Positions 29,941 through 47,572 are shown, numbered from the stretch's first letter. The stretch: DNA of 64,000 nucleotides from the human T2T-CHM13v2.0 reference genome, Homo sapiens (GCF_009914755.1 NC_060935.1), one strand, 5' to 3'. Program-made: numbers and translations. The notes: generated from the sequence alone by a model not told the origin.

Positions 29941-30190
29941 ATTATACTTTAAAGAAAAAGATCATAAAAGCAGCCAGCTGGACCCCCCCCAAAAAAAAAA
30001 AACCACACATGAAACAGCCTTTAGACAGGTGGCTGACTTCTCAGCAGCAACAATTCAATTCAGAAGACAGTAGAATAATATTTTTAGTGTATTTTAAATT
30101 TATATTGCTGAAATAAAATAGTTGTTGACCTAGAATTCTGTATCTGGTGAATCCACATTTCAAGAACAAAGATGTAATATAACTGGGAGG

Positions 30191-30459
30191 GGCCGGGCAT
30201 GGTGGCTCATGCCTGTAATTCCAGCACTTCCGGAGGCAGAGGCGGGCGGATTGCTTGAGCTCAGGAGTTTGATACCAGCCCAAGCAACATGATGAGACCC
30301 CCCCCGCCGTCTCTACAAAAAAATACAAAAATTATCTGGGTGTGGTGGCTCATGCCTGTAGTCCCTGCTACTTGAGACACTGAGGTGGGGAAATCATCAC
30401 TGCGCTCCAGCCTGAGTGACAGATTGAGACCCTGTCTCAAAAGGGAAAAAAAAAGAAAA
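30191..30459 (+). mobile_element. AluJ-type with right-arm deletion
   Basis: GGATTGCTTGAGCTCAGGAG (J-like); part of the right arm missing. Confidence 0.88.
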
Positions 30460-30509
30460 CACTGAGTTTACCACAATGGACCTCACTAAAGGATAGTCTA
30501 AAGAATATT

Positions 30510-32918
<2,409 letters not shown>

Positions 32919-33218
32919 ATGTACTCTAGACAGAAAGAAAAATATCTGAGAGTTGGAAATTCTGAGATGCAAGAAAGAATGGTGGGCAAAGATAATGATT
33001 CATGTGTGGTTAAATTCAAAACATAATGACTGCATGTACAAGAGATATAATGTCTGGTTGTGGGGAGCTGATTTCTCAAAATAAAACTAAAATATTGGAC
33101 AATAGTAGCTGGTAGGTGGAAGGAGAGTAAATGGAATTAAAGTGTTATGAGATCTTTGTATTGTTTGGAAAGAGAGTAAAATTATATTGACTTTATCTTG
33201 TTAAGTAATAAGGATATA

Positions 33219-33623
33219 CAGCCATGTTTCACATAATGATGTTTTGGTTAATGACAGACTTCATAAACAATGGAGATCCCGTAAGATTGTAGTGGGGCTG
33301 AAAAATTCCAATCACCTAGTGATATCGTAAGCATCAGCCATCATAACATTGTAGCACAATGCATTATATTTCCTACGTTTAGGTATGTTTAGATATACAA
33401 ATGCTTATCACTGTGTTGCAATTGCCTGCAGTATTCAGTACGGTAATATGCTGTACAGGTTTGTAGCCTAGGAGCTATGAGCTATACCATATAGCTTTAG
33501 TATGTAGTAGGCTATACCATCCAGTTTGTGTTTAAGTATAATCTATGATGCTTGTACAATGACAAAATCACCTAATGACAAATTTCTCAGAATGTATCCC
33601 CATCGTTAAGTGGCACATGACTG
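33219..33623. mobile_element. Tigger3 (MER7/GOLEM family) MITE
   Basis: TA-flanked TIRs CAGCCATGTTTCACATAATGATG / CATCGTTAAGTGGCACATGACTG. Confidence 0.8.
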
Positions 33624-34074
33624 TACAGAGAAAATAAAACTGCTCGACTAGTAGAGGGGGAAATGGAACTAAACACATATACAAAACTAGACCTGATCAT
33701 GACTGACCAGATAAGCAGATCACAGAGGAGATGTACTTATGGGTAGAGTCCCATAAAGAAGGCAAAGCTCATCTAAAAACAGACAGACATTTTGAATGCT
33801 GGGTTTTAGGCATTAGTGAATAACATTACTTTTAGTTGTTCATACTGTATGTTTTTCAGTGAGGATCAAATTCTTTTAATTCAAAATGAGGCAAGAAAGA
33901 GAAAAAAACTGAAAAAGCTGTACACATACCACAAAATAAGATGGTGGAAATACACCCAAATATATCAGTAATCACAAGAAATATAAATGGACTCAGTGTT
34001 CTGACTAAAAGATAAATTTTTCAGACAAAATTAAAAATTAAATTCCAGCTCTAAGCTAGTTATTTTATCATTGA

Positions 34075-34266
<192 letters not shown>

Positions 34267-37200
34267 TGAGATATAATTCATATACCACACAATTCACCAA
34301 TTTAAAGTGTACAATTCAATGGTTTTTAGTATATTCACAGATTTGTGCAACCAACAATTTTAGAACATTTTTAATGGTCTCCAACTTACTGTATAGAGAG
34401 TTTACAGGCCATAACACAGGGAAGAGGAGTCCTGGGGGAGCCTGTCAGCTTCCTGAGTTAAGGTAATGGAACTGGGAGTTATAAGAGGCCAAAAAGTCAA
34501 GTTCACAGGGAAGAGTCCTGGAAAAGAGAGAGCTGTACAGAGAGAGAATTCTGGAGGTAGGAGATCCTCCTTGAATATTCAAATGAGTACTGATTAATGC
34601 ACGCATGTGAGGAACATACCCAAGTCTGGGGGTATAAAACCACTAGACAAGATTAGAGCTCGCACAGGCCTGGGGATAGTTCTTGTTAGCACCAGCCAGG
34701 ATTTTTTAAATGTCATAATTTATGAATCATGGGTGGAATACTCAAAAGAGTTGTCTCAGTTTTGAGGGAAAATTAGCCCTAGACTTAATGTTTCTCTGGT
34801 CCCATCTAATAAAGTTTAAAAGCAAGACCTACAAGAATCCATCTGTTTCCAAGTATCTTTACTGAATTCCAAACAATGCTCAAGAATAGTTATAGGAATA
34901 CTCAAATATGCAACATCTAACACGATACAATTCATAATGTATACCATTCAACTAAAATTGACCAGGGAGATAGATAAAAACTACAACACTTGAGATAAAA
35001 AAAATATTCTGGGATTAATGGCAGATTAAACACTACAAGTGAACTTGAAGTCATTGCAATAGAAATTAACCAAAAGAAACATGGCTAGAGAAGGGACCAA
35101 AAAAATTAAAAACCATGAGTATAGTATCAGGGAGATGTGGGAACAACTTCAAGCAGCCTAATAGATGTGCAACTGGAGTCTTCAAAGGAAGGAAGGGAGG
35201 CTAAAAAATATCTGAAGAAATAATGACCACAATTTTTCCAAATGTGATTATATAAATATACACAGAAAATACGAAAAAAAATGACACTAAGCCACCATTA
35301 TAATTAAGTTATTTGAAATCACTGATAAAGACAAAATCTTAAAAGCAGCCAGAAAGAAAAGACACATTATGAACAGAAGAAGAAAGATAAAAATGACAGC
35401 AGACTTTTTATTGAAAATAATGCAAGTCAGAAGGCAGAGGAACATTTAAAAAGTTTGCCAACCTAGAATTCTTTATTCAGCAAGAATATTTTTCAAAAAC
35501 AGAAGTGAAATTAAATCTTTTCTGACATACAAAAGCTGACACATTTCATGACTAGCAAATCTGCACTATAGAAAATGTTAAATAATGTCCTTCAAAAGAA
35601 CAAAAATGATACCAGATGAAAATCTGGATGTACACAAAGGAATAAAAGGCATAAAAATGTTAACTATATGAGTATAAAATGTATTTATTATTATTTAAAT
35701 ATCTTTAAAATATAATCTACTATTTAAAGCAAAAAAATGGCAATGTGGTGGAATTTTATAATACACATAGAAGTAAAATGTATGACAAAAATGGCACAAA
35801 AACAGGAAGAGGAGAAATAGAAGTATATTCTTGTACACACTTTATACTCAAGAAGTGGTGGTGTATCACTTGCAAGTAGACCAATAAGTTTTATAGTTAT
35901 ACTATAACTATGTACTATAAGTTTTATAGTTATACTATACTATAAAATCTAAACACTAAAATAACACAACAAAGGATTACAGGCAATAAGATAAAAAACA
36001 AGATAAAAATACTCAACTCAAAAGAAGGCAGAAAAAGGAGAAAATTGGTGTCTTCAAGGAACATGTGAGACACAGAGAAAATAAATAACAAGATGCTAGA
36101 TTTAAATTCAACCATATTAGTAATCACATTAATATGAATGGCCTAAACACCCCAGTTAAAAGGAAGAGATTGTCAGATTGAATAGACAAGTAAGACTTAA
36201 TTATATGCTGCCTACAAATATAAAGACACAAATAGGTTAAAAGTATGAAAAAAGTTATACTGGCTAACACTAATCAAAAGAAAGCTGAAGTAAGCATATT
36301 AATATTAAACAAAGTAGATTTCAAAGCAAAGACTATGCCCAAGTATGAGTGTCATTTCAAAATGATAGAGAGGTGAATTCATCAAGGAAAAACAAACAAC
36401 AATCCTAAACGTTTATGCTCCTAACAAAAGAGTTTCAAAGCCCAAATGGACAGAACTACAAGGGGAAATAGAGAAATCCATAATTACAGTTGGAGACTTC
36501 AGCAATCTTCTCTCAAGGACAGCTAAGACAAAACAGAAAATTAATAAGTATACTGATGACTTGAACAAGTCTATCACCTCAATCTAATATTTGTAAAACA
36601 CTCCACTCACAATACCACAATACACATTCTTTTTCTAAAGTACACATAGATTATCTACCAAGATAGATTATATTCTTGTCCACAAAACAAGTTGCCATAC
36701 ATTTTACAGCATTCAAATCAAACAAGGTATGTTTTTTGACCATAATGAAATTAAATTAGAAATTATTAATAGAAAGTCACCTGGAAAATCTCCAAGTATT
36801 TGGAAACTAATAATTGAAAAGTTCTAGATAACCTACTGGTGAAAGAAGAAATCAAAAGGAAATTATTGTGAATTAAATGAAAATGGAAATGAGATATTAA
36901 AAATTAGGGGATGCAGGTAAAGCAATATTTAGAGGGATATTTATATTATTAAGTATATATATTAGGAAAAAGCATCTGAAATCAATTATCTCAGCTTTCA
37001 TCTTAAGAAACTAGAAACAGAAAAGAAAATTAAACCCAAGAAAATAGAAAGGAAATAGTGAAGATCAGAGTGAAAGATGATAAAACAGAAAAGCAATAGA
37101 GGAAAAATCAATAAAACCAAAAGTTGATTCATTGAGAAGATCGATAAAATTGATAAACCTCCAGCCAGATTGGTCGAGATAAAAACAGACACAACTTCAA

Positions 37201-37923
37201 TTACCAATATCAGGAATAAGAGAAGTAATAATACTAAAGGTTTTACAGACACTAACAAGAAAATGTAGAGATGTTATGAGCTTTATGTCAATAAGTTTGA
37301 CAACTTAGATTAAAAAAATTCCTGCAAAGATACAAATTATCAAAGCTTACTCAAGAAGAAAATAACTTAAATAACTGTATTCCTAACAAAGCAATTGGAT
37401 ATGTAGTTCAAAACCTTGAACAAGGAAAATGCCAGGCCCAGCTTCACTGGGGAATCCGACCAAACTTTTATGGAAAGAAACAATACCAGTTCTACATAGA
37501 TTCTTTCAAAAACTTAAAAAGTGACATATTCTTAACTTGTATCATATGGCCAGCATTACTTTGTTACCAAAGCCAAATAAAGCCATTATAAAAATAGAAG
37601 ACTATGTGTTTGGTATAGATAAATCTCTCTCATGAACATAAATGTAAAAATTATTAGCCAAAGTGTTATTGAAGTAAGCATAACAATATATTAATTTTTA
37701 ATACACCATCTTTCTGCAGCACAATATATTAAATTCATAATACATCATGACCAAGTGGAGTTTTACTAGAGAAACATAAGTTTGGCTTAAGATTCAAAAA
37801 TCAATCAATATAATTCATTATATTAACAGACTAACAAAGGAATGTCATCTGGTCATCTGAATGAATGCAGTGCAAGTATTTGTCAAATCCAAAATCCATT
37901 CCTTATAAAAGCTCTCAGCAATA

Positions 37924-37972
37924 AGAGGAGAGGAGAGGAGAGGAGAGGAGAGGAGAGAAGGGAGGAGGGGAG
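37924..37972. repeat. (GAGAG)n pentanucleotide repeat
   Basis: Directly visible tandem units. Confidence 0.85.
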
Positions 37973-39104
37973 GAACTTCCTCAATCTGATAAACGGTAAC
38001 TAAAAAACACATACAACTAACATACTTAATGATGAAAGACTGAATGCTTTCCCCCTAAGATGAGGAACGAGGCAAGGATGTCTGCTGTCACCACTTCCAT
38101 TCAGCACAGTACTGGAAGTTTTGGCCAGTGCGTTCAGGTAAGAAAAAGAAATAAAAGTCATCCAGATCATTTTTTTAAAAAGTAAAATTGTCTTTATTTT
38201 GTAGATGACATGATGATCTATGCAACAAATTTTATGGAATCTGTAAACATACTGTTATAACTAATAAGTGGATTAAGCAAGGTGGTGGCATATAAGATCA
38301 ATATGTAAAAATCAGTTGTATTTCTATATACCAGTCACAATAGGAAATTGAAACAAAAAATACCATTTACAAACATATCAAAAACATAAAATACTTAGGG
38401 ATAAGCCTGACAAAAGACATGAAAACCTGTATATTAAAAACTAGAAAATATTGCTGAGAGGAGTTAAAGAAGACCTAAATAAATGGAGAGATATACCATA
38501 TTAATGGATTGGAAGATCAAATATTGTTAGTGTCAGTTCTTCCCAGATTGAACTACAGATTCGACTCTATCCCAATCAAAATGTGGGCAAATTATTTTTG
38601 TAGAAAGTGACAAGCTGATTCTAAAATTCACTTGGACATGCAAAGGACCCAAAATAGCTAAAACGATCTTGATGAAAAAAAAAAAAAAAAAGCAGAGTCA
38701 GAGGACTACACTATCTCACTTCAAGTCTTTATACAAAGCCACAGTAATCAAAACAGTGTGATATTAGCATCAAAATAGACAATGGCACAAATAAGGGTCT
38801 GTAGCTAGACCCACTTATATATGGTTAATTGATTTTGAACAAAGGTACAAAGGCAATTCAGTGGACACATGGACACATGGTGCTGCAGTAATTGGATATC
38901 CATATTAAAAAATAACTTCAATCTAAATATCACATCATATATAAAAATTAACTCAAATGGGCCATAGATTTAAATGTAAAACTTACAATTATAAAACTTC
39001 TGGAAGACAACATAAGGGAAGATATTTGTGACCTTGGGCTATTTAAGAAAAAATTGAAAAACTGGACTTCATGAACATTAAGAACTTCTGCTCTTCAAAA
39101 GACT

Positions 39105-40033
39105 TTATTTTCCTTTTTTCAACTTTTTAAAGTTCAGGGGTACATGTGCAAGATGTACACGTTTGCTACATAGATAAATGTGTGCCATGATGGTTTGCTG
39201 CAAAAATCATCCCATTATCCAGGTATTAAGCCCAGCATCCATTAGCTATTCTTCCTGATGCTCTCCCACTCCCGACTACAACAGGTCCCAAGGTGTGGCA
39301 TTCCCCACCATGTGTCCATGTGTTCTCATTATTTAGCTCCCACTTATTAGTGAGAACATGTGATGTTTGGTTTTCTGTTCCTGCATTAGTTTGCCAAGGA
39401 TAATGGCTTCCAACTCCATCCATGTCCCTCCAAACGACATGATCTCATTCCTTTTTATGGCTGCATAGTATTCCATTGCGTATATTTACCACATACTCTT
39501 TATCCAGTGTATCATTGATGGGCATTTAGGTTGATTCCATGTCTTTGCTATTGTGAAGTGTTGCAATGAACATTCATGTGCATGTTTCTTTATAATAGGA
39601 TGATTTAAATTCCTTTGGGTATATACTCAGTGATGGGATTCCTGGATCAAATGGTATTTCTGCCTCTTGGTCTTTGAGGAATGGTCGTGCTGTCTTCCAT
39701 AATGGTTGAACCAATTTACATTCCCACTAACAGCATAAAAGCATTCCTTTTTCTCCACAACCTCGCCAGCATCTGTTGTTTTTAGACTTCTTAATAATAG
39801 CCATTCTGACTGGCATGAGATGGTATCTCATTGTGGTTTTGCTATTTGATTGTGGTTTGAGATACCTCTTTTGTGTTATCTCATTTGCATTTCTCTAATG
39901 ATCAGTGATGTTGCATTAAAAACTTCTGCTCTCCAAAAGACATTGTTTTTTTCTCTTAAAAAAACAAATCTCATTTGCATTTCTCTAATTATCAGTGATG
40001 TTGAGCTTTTTTTATGTTTGTTGGCCACATGTA
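39105..40033 (-). mobile_element. Older primate L1PA/L1PB 3' end, antisense, 5'-truncated
   Basis: GGGGTACATGTGCA.GATGT...CCCAGCATCCATTAGCTATT 3'-UTR signature; TSD TCAAAAGAC(T/A)TTATT. Confidence 0.85.
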
Positions 40034-40974
40034 TCAAAAGACATTATTAAGAGACTCAAAAGTAAGTCACAAACAGTGACAAACTGTGAATCACATATCT
40101 GATAAAAGACTTGTATCCAAAATACATAAAGAACTCTTAAAATTCGACAAAAAAAAATAGAAATGGACAAAAATATTGAGCAAATACTTCACCAAGGAAG
40201 ATATACAGTACAAATGTCAATATGTACATTACAATATGATGTACAGTACAGTATGTTGAGCACATAAAAGATGCTCAACATCACTAGCCAAATAGGCAAA
40301 TGCAGATTAAAACCACAGTGAGGTACAATTACACATTAGAATCTCTAAAATTAGAATCTCTAAAATTAAAAAGACTGACCATACCCAATGTTAGCAAGGA
40401 TTAGAACTGTCATACCCTGCTTGTGGAACTATTAGAACTACCATACACTGCTTGTGGAAATGTAAAATGGCAAAACTACTTTGAAAAACAGTTTGGCAGT
40501 TTTTTGAAAAGTTAAGTATATATCTGCCATATGACCCAGCCATTCAACCTCTGTTTAACCCGGTAGAAATAAAAGCATATGTTCATTTAATAATTTCTAC
40601 ACCAACAGTGATGGCAGTAGTCAAATCCAAAAACAACCTAAATGTCCATTGAAAGGTGAAAAATAAACAAATGATGGTGTATATATATATACAATAAAAT
40701 ATTACTCAGCCTTAACAAGGAATGAACTATTGATACACATGGGAACTTAGATGAACCTCAAAATAATGACACTGAGTGAAAGAAGCCAGGCAAAATAGAG
40801 TGCATGTTGTATTATTCCATTTTATAAAATTCTAGAAAACGTGAGTAAATATATAGGGACATAAAGCAGATCGATATTGACCTGGGTGGAAGCTGGGCGA
40901 GGAGCGGGGAGGAAGCATCAAGACACATGAGGGCATGTTCAGTACCTTGAATGCATTGACAGTTTCACTAGTGT

Positions 40975-41486
40975 TTAAGTAGGGGAGAAAAGATTTCTCA
41001 CACATCTCAAGGTCCATGGCTAAGGCACCTGTAACAAAACACAGATTAACAAGAGAAAAGCAAGCAGTTTTATTTAATATAAGTTTTATGTGACTTGAAG
41101 AATAAAATCACAGAAATAACTTTAGAAATGAAGACCCAAAGAAGCAGAGAAAACTGTATTTTTATGGATGGTCATGTAGAAATATGATTGGACAAAAGGG
41201 GGCATGATCTAGTGGTAACAAACTGGGGGGAACTTAGCGATCCCTTTTTGTTCAGATTCTTGGCATCTCTGTGTCTTCAAGGAGAAGGAAATTACCTTTC
41301 TCTGGATATAAGGTGCGCTTCTCTAGAACGAGGGTCTCATGACTTACTTTAGTGGATGGCTTGAGAATTGTCTTATGATCTGCTTCAGTGGAGAAGGGTG
41401 GGAGGTCAGAGAGACCTTCTTGTTTCTAATGTTTTCTCAAATGGCAAGGTGCCATATTTTGGGGTAGTGTGTCCTGAATCCCATTA
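40975..41486 (-). mobile_element. ERV1 solo LTR (MER34/MER39-like)
   Basis: Ends GGTGCCATATTTTGGGGTAGTGTGTCCTGAATCCCA, the reverse of a MER34/39-type 5' end; CAGATTAACAAGAGAAAAGC near the other end. Confidence 0.6.
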
Positions 41487-41885
41487 TATGTGTTAAAACT
41501 CATCACATTGTATGCTTTATATATGTGAAGTCAATTTATGTCAATTATTTCACAATTAAGTTATTAAAATAATCAGAAGACATTATGAACTTTAATCCAA
41601 ATACATTCTTTAAGTATGTAACATGAATGAATTAGAAAAATAAAACTTGAAAATTGATGCCAAAAGAAATGTGATGTAAAACAGTGTCCTCTAAAATGGC
41701 TCAGTGTGGGACCACTGATCTTAATAGTTCTCAAACTGAATCCGAAGTTTCAAATTTTCTTCAATGAGAACACCAAGCTCAGACAGCTTTACAGGCAAGT
41801 TCTACAAAACGTTCAAGTTTCAGATAATTCTAATCCTACACAAAATATTCCAGAGGTCAGAAAAAGAGAGGATACCCCTCAGCTC

Positions 41886-42092
<207 letters not shown>

Positions 42093-42527
42093 TAGCTTAT
42101 TTTTATGAGGTTAGTATAACCTTGATACCCAAACCAGATGCAACTCAATGGAAAAAGACACTTCCTTACCCTTGAACATGGATACAAAACTTTGGACACA
42201 GTATTAGCAAACAGAACCTTTTAATGAATGAAAACCACAACACATCAGGTCCATGTTCAATTTATCTCAAGAATTCAAAGTTGGTTTGACTTTGGGAAAC
42301 AGATTAATGTAATTCACATCAGACAAGTCAAAGGACAGATGCTACATAATCTCAACAGGTACAGAAAAAGAGGGCAACAAATTTCCACATTCATTCATGA
42401 CAAAACTCTTAGAAAAATGGGAAGAGAAGAAAATTTTCTTTAACCTAATAAGTGGTACCAACAGAAAGCTTAGAGCAAGCAATTAGCATGAAGTAGAATT
42501 GAAAACATTCCCTTTAAAATCAAGCAG

Positions 42528-42830
42528 GGCCAGGCACAGTGGCTCACACCTCTTATCTCAGTGCTTTGGGAGGCTGAGGAGGGAGGATTGCTTGAGGCCA
42601 GAATTTTGAGACCAGCCTGGGCAGCATAGCGAGACCCCTGTCTCTACAAAAAACAATTTTAAAAAACTTAGCTGGGTGTGGTGGTGCACACCTGCAGTCC
42701 CAGTTACTCAGGAGACTAACAGGGGAGGATCGCTTGAGCCCAGGAATTCAAGATTACAGTGAGCCATGGTCACACCACTGCACTCCAGCCTGGGTAACAG
42801 AGTGAGACTCTATCTCTTAAAAATAAACAT
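42528..42830 (+). mobile_element. AluJ-type
   Basis: GGATTGCTTGAGGCCAG and GGATCGCTTGAGCCCAGG diagnostic segments. Confidence 0.9.
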
Positions 42831-45800
42831 TAGAAATAATAAAAATAGAATCAGGCAGAAGACAAAGATGCCTGCTCATGCCACTTCTGGTTGTATTAGC
42901 GGTCCAGCACAGTAAAAGAAAAAATAAGATAAAGTAAATTTTTAAAAAATTAAATGATATAAAGATTGAAAAGAAAGGGAAAAAACCTACTTGCAAATGA
43001 TGCAACTGTTTATATAGACAACGGGAAGGAATTAATGGATGTACTATTAGGATTAAGGAGAATTCAGCAAGGTTGCTAGATACAAAATCAACATGGAAAA
43101 ATCCATGATATTTCTAGGTCTTAGTACAAACAATTAGAAAATGTAAATAATAGAAAATGATAGTGTTGACCATATTTGCCTCATCTGTGGCATGTGAGGA
43201 GCAGTGTCTACTTCAGCATATTTACATGAGGATTAAGTGAGACAAGTAAGTCGAGAACTAGCAAGTGCAAAGTTACTGTTACCAAATGTCAGTTTCTCTC
43301 TTTAGTCCCTGGGCACTGGGTTAGGCACCTTCTGGAGATCACTTGGCAGGACTCAGCTCACCTTGGCCTCTGGAGCTCCAGAAAGACAGGTATGATCCTC
43401 ACCCAAATATCTCCCATGTAAGGCAGAAAATGGCCAGTGCCACAAGAGAAAAGACACGGGGGGTGGCAGAAGAAGCAGACAATGGTGGGAGATGCTTCCC
43501 ATCTGGAAGCACTTTACTGGGGGCCTGAGAGTGGGCAGAATGTAGGCATTCAGAAAAAACATAAAGGCTACTCTATGGACAGTGTAGACAATGGCTAGAA
43601 GTGGAAGCATGGAGAGGGTTTAGGGCAGGAGAATTGGTGTTGGCTGCAGTCAAGCGTGTATGGAGCGGAACTGTGTGCGGTGAAAGGGGAAGTCACTAAT
43701 GGCGGGACTTCAGGCATCACACAGATGCCACACTGGTGAAGGGGCCCAGGCAAGGAGACCTGGGTATGGCAACACCGTGGCCTCTGACCTCCTCCCACGC
43801 TCCTTACTGTGCCTGCCTCTGAGCTCGGCGGAGTCGTCCATTACACTCCCTGCTCTGCCCAGCCCTGGTGGCTCCCCTAGAGCTGGTGGCCTTCTGCCCT
43901 CTGAGGTTTAGAGAGAAGCCTCCTGTCTGCGGGAGGAAATCTCTGCAAGGTGTTTACTGCAGGGACCCAGGGAGCCAGGGTGGCCACGAGCCAAGTCTGA
44001 GTGCTGACCGGGGATTTTGCAAGGAAGAAGGAAGGGGGCCTGGATGTTTGAACAGCTGGGGTGGATCAGGGGCTGCCATCCCCCTTTCCCCTCTCCCGCT
44101 CCCCTGCTTCCGGGCTTTGACACCCCATTCTACCTGGGGTCCTGTCTGTTGAAGTGTCCGTTAATAGAGCCCTAGGACTGGAGGGCATTTTCTGTCCCCA
44201 AACAGGCAGACTGTGGAAGGAAAGTGTTTTGCGTTTTCTCCTGGGTGGGTTTGTGGGTAGGGGGCTCACATGCATACAAGCTGAACTGTGCTTTGGAGTT
44301 CCACAGAGGATGGGCTGAAGACCCAGCCAAACAAAACACGCCAAATAGTAAATCTGTCAGAAGCTGAAGTTAACTTGGGAGGTACCAAAGATACTTTCTC
44401 AGCACAGGATACAGGGGGTACCAGGCTGGAGGATGTTTGGGAAGCCGAGCCTCCCATCTCCCTGTCTCTGCTGGAGACAGGTTTGGAGGGTGGTGATGGA
44501 GCCTAGAGATTGTGGGGATCCCCAAGTGAAGGCTCCCCAGTCCCAAAGTCCAATCACCTCTCCAGGAAACAGCAGCATGAATTCTCTTGGACAGCTGCAG
44601 AAACCTCTTATGAGCCATGTCTGCTGACTCTAACACCAACTTTCTGGTGCATTTCTTCTCACAGTACCAGCATCTTCTTGCTCATCCTTCACAGGTGTTT
44701 AATGAGCACAGGGCATCCTGGGGATGGGGACCCAGCAGCCACCTGCCGGGGACCGTGGGCCCTGAGTTCACTCCCATATTACAAGGCCTGGGGGAGCTGA
44801 AGCTGTGAAGTTCTGTTGAGGCCACTTGCGTTGTCCACACAAAACCGTGCCCCTGGAGAATTGCGGGCAGTGGCCAAAGACACTGTCAGTGAGAACACTC
44901 TGATGGTGTGAAATGGACATTCTTGAAGATGGTCCGCAAATGTGCTCGGACTCTCTTGGGCAAAGAGCTCTCCTCTTAGACAACCAAGGACAAATAGCGG
45001 TGTCACTTGGAAAGTAAACGATAGAGAGCAACCTGCACCCCACCTCCCCAACGTGGTGGGCAGTCCCTGAAGAAATACACATCTAAGCTCAGGTCCCAAC
45101 CGCGCCACTCCCCAGCTGTGTAACTCATGGAGCCTCAGTCTTTTCATCTGTAAAAGGGGGGCAGTGACGCCTATCACAGGTTATTGTGAAGACAGACGGA
45201 GACATAAAAGGCTTGCCACACAGTGGCTTTGCCCAGTGCTAGCTCCCTTCACCCCCTCACCCCACTGCAGAGCACAGTGGTGGGTGAGGAGCAACACCAG
45301 GAATCCCCATGAAGAGCTGGGCTTTCCTGTCACCCAGCGGGTGGCCTCCTTGCCACTGCTTTTCCAGCACTTTCCAGCTTATAACTGTGGGCAGCCCTGG
45401 GGCGCCAGGGGGTGGGAGGAGGCAGCTGCAGGGCTGGGGGCAGCAAATGGGGTGGATTTTGCTGACTTTGCCTTTTCTGCTCCTGCCTGGATCAAAGTGC
45501 GGGAGGCACGAAAGGAAAGAAACACGCCTCTTTGCAGCCTGCCTTGTTCTCCCCTCTGTCTTTTTTCACCTGCAAGCTCTAAGGGGCAGAATCAGCCTGG
45601 AGGCTATGGAATAGGAGAGGCCAGGAACACGGGGCTGAGCCTCCAGGGTCAGGTCAGGTTTCTGGGCCCCCAAGAAGAACCTGGAAAGTGGGGGGCTCTT
45701 CGCTCTTTTCCCTGTTGCTGCTCCCCTCCCCCTCTCACCCTAGCATTCTGGCTGGTTCTCTCCTCTCCGGCTTTTCCACTTATGAAAGCCGGAAGCCATG

Positions 45801-47262
45801 GGTTGCGCACACTGTCTGGGACCCATTTATGGCAGGCCTTGGGCAGGTGAAGGTAATCAAGCCAGAGGTTCCTGACTTGTTCCTGCTTTTCCAGGAAGGT
45901 AGCCATAGAAGGCTGTCACTGCCATCAAGGAACTTGGGACCCAAGGTCTGAGAGAGACAATGACTCCTGCTTAGGGCATTTGGTAAGGAGGTCTCAGGGC
46001 ATGGGGCTCCTGATGGAGCCAGGGCCTCTCTTGGGGACCTTTAAGGCCTGGGAGCTGGTCATCCTCCTCTTGCCCCAGGAAGCCCTCCGCTTCTCCTTCC
46101 TTGCTGATGCAGGACTGCCCTCCTGGCCAGTGCCCTGGTGCCCAGACCTTGCCCTGTGACTACCTCCCTGTGCCTGGTGTGGCGCTGGGCATAATCGCTC
46201 ACTCTCATCCTTATCAAAGAGACAGACTTGGTTGGGGGGACACACTCCTGGAGCCCCGCCCCAGCATGGCCACTCCCTAGGTGGGCCACTTGGGACAGTG
46301 GGCCTCTCTGAGCCTCAGTAGTCTCATCTGCCAAATGGCAATGAGAATGCCTCCCTAGTGAGCAAGCCCCTGGGCTGTCTGTGGCACGGTCCAGGAGAGG
46401 CGAGGCAGGACTGTTGCTTTCTCGGCCCGCTCTTCGGGCCAACAAGGAAGTTCACAATGTCAGTAGTCAAGACACCTGCCTTGTTGAATGAACTGGGCTG
46501 AAGAAGGGGCCTGGGCAGTGGCTGAAGCCCCATCCATCTTCCCCCTTCCTCCATTCCCCACCTGGTTGCCCAAGTATAGGGGCAGGGGAGCAGAAGGGAA
46601 GGGAACCAATGTTACTTTGAGCGTTCTATGACCCAGGCAAGAGCTTTATCACAAGCCATGCTCTTAACAAGCCTATAACATAAATACCATTGCATCCATT
46701 TTACAGATTAAAGCCAAGGCTCCGGGAGTTCAGCGATGCCTCCCCGGTCTTGCAGACAGCCTCGCCATGTGGCTGGCAAAGCTGGGCCCTCTGCAGAGCC
46801 AGCGCAGGGAGCCCCGCAGGCACCGACGGGGCCTCTTTTCCAAATGGCCCTTGCAGGCTCAGCTCCCACACATGACACAACCAGGAGTAACAAGCATAGG
46901 CCTGGCTCCACAATGCCAGCCTTTCCCCTATTCTAACAAGTCCCACCCACCACCTGCACCCAGGCTACGTCTTGACCTACTCCAAAGCCAAGCTAGGGGT
47001 GTGGGCTGTCCCACAGTGCGGGTCCTGAGAGTCCTACTACTTGAATTCCAGCCCTAGCCTTGTGCTTGCTAGCTAGAAAGTCCTGGCAAGGTTCACAGCC
47101 CAGGGCTACCCCCTGCTCCCGACCTCCCCCAGTGCTGAATGCCTCTCAACCTCTTGCTCATGCTCAGATGGAGGTCAGGTCAGGAGGGGCTAGCAAAGGC
47201 CGAAGCTCTTTGGAAATTACAGATAGCAGTCATGCTTTGTTGATTCTTCCCTTTCTGACTAG

Positions 47263-47572
<310 letters not shown>

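Larger units (their letters stand above)
34390..41570 (+). mobile_element. Long, near-complete decayed L1 (L1MC/L1MD-like), interrupted by an antisense L1P fragment and an LTR
   Basis: 5'-UTR-like segment, ORF1 remnants (~35.0-35.6 kb), endonuclease and RT remnants (36.1-39.1 kb), 3' UTR ending ~41570. Confidence 0.7.

Noticed and set aside
45164-45850. 228-aa ORF
   Set aside because: Non-ATG start inside a MIR-like remnant, no homology I recognise, no exon-like structure.
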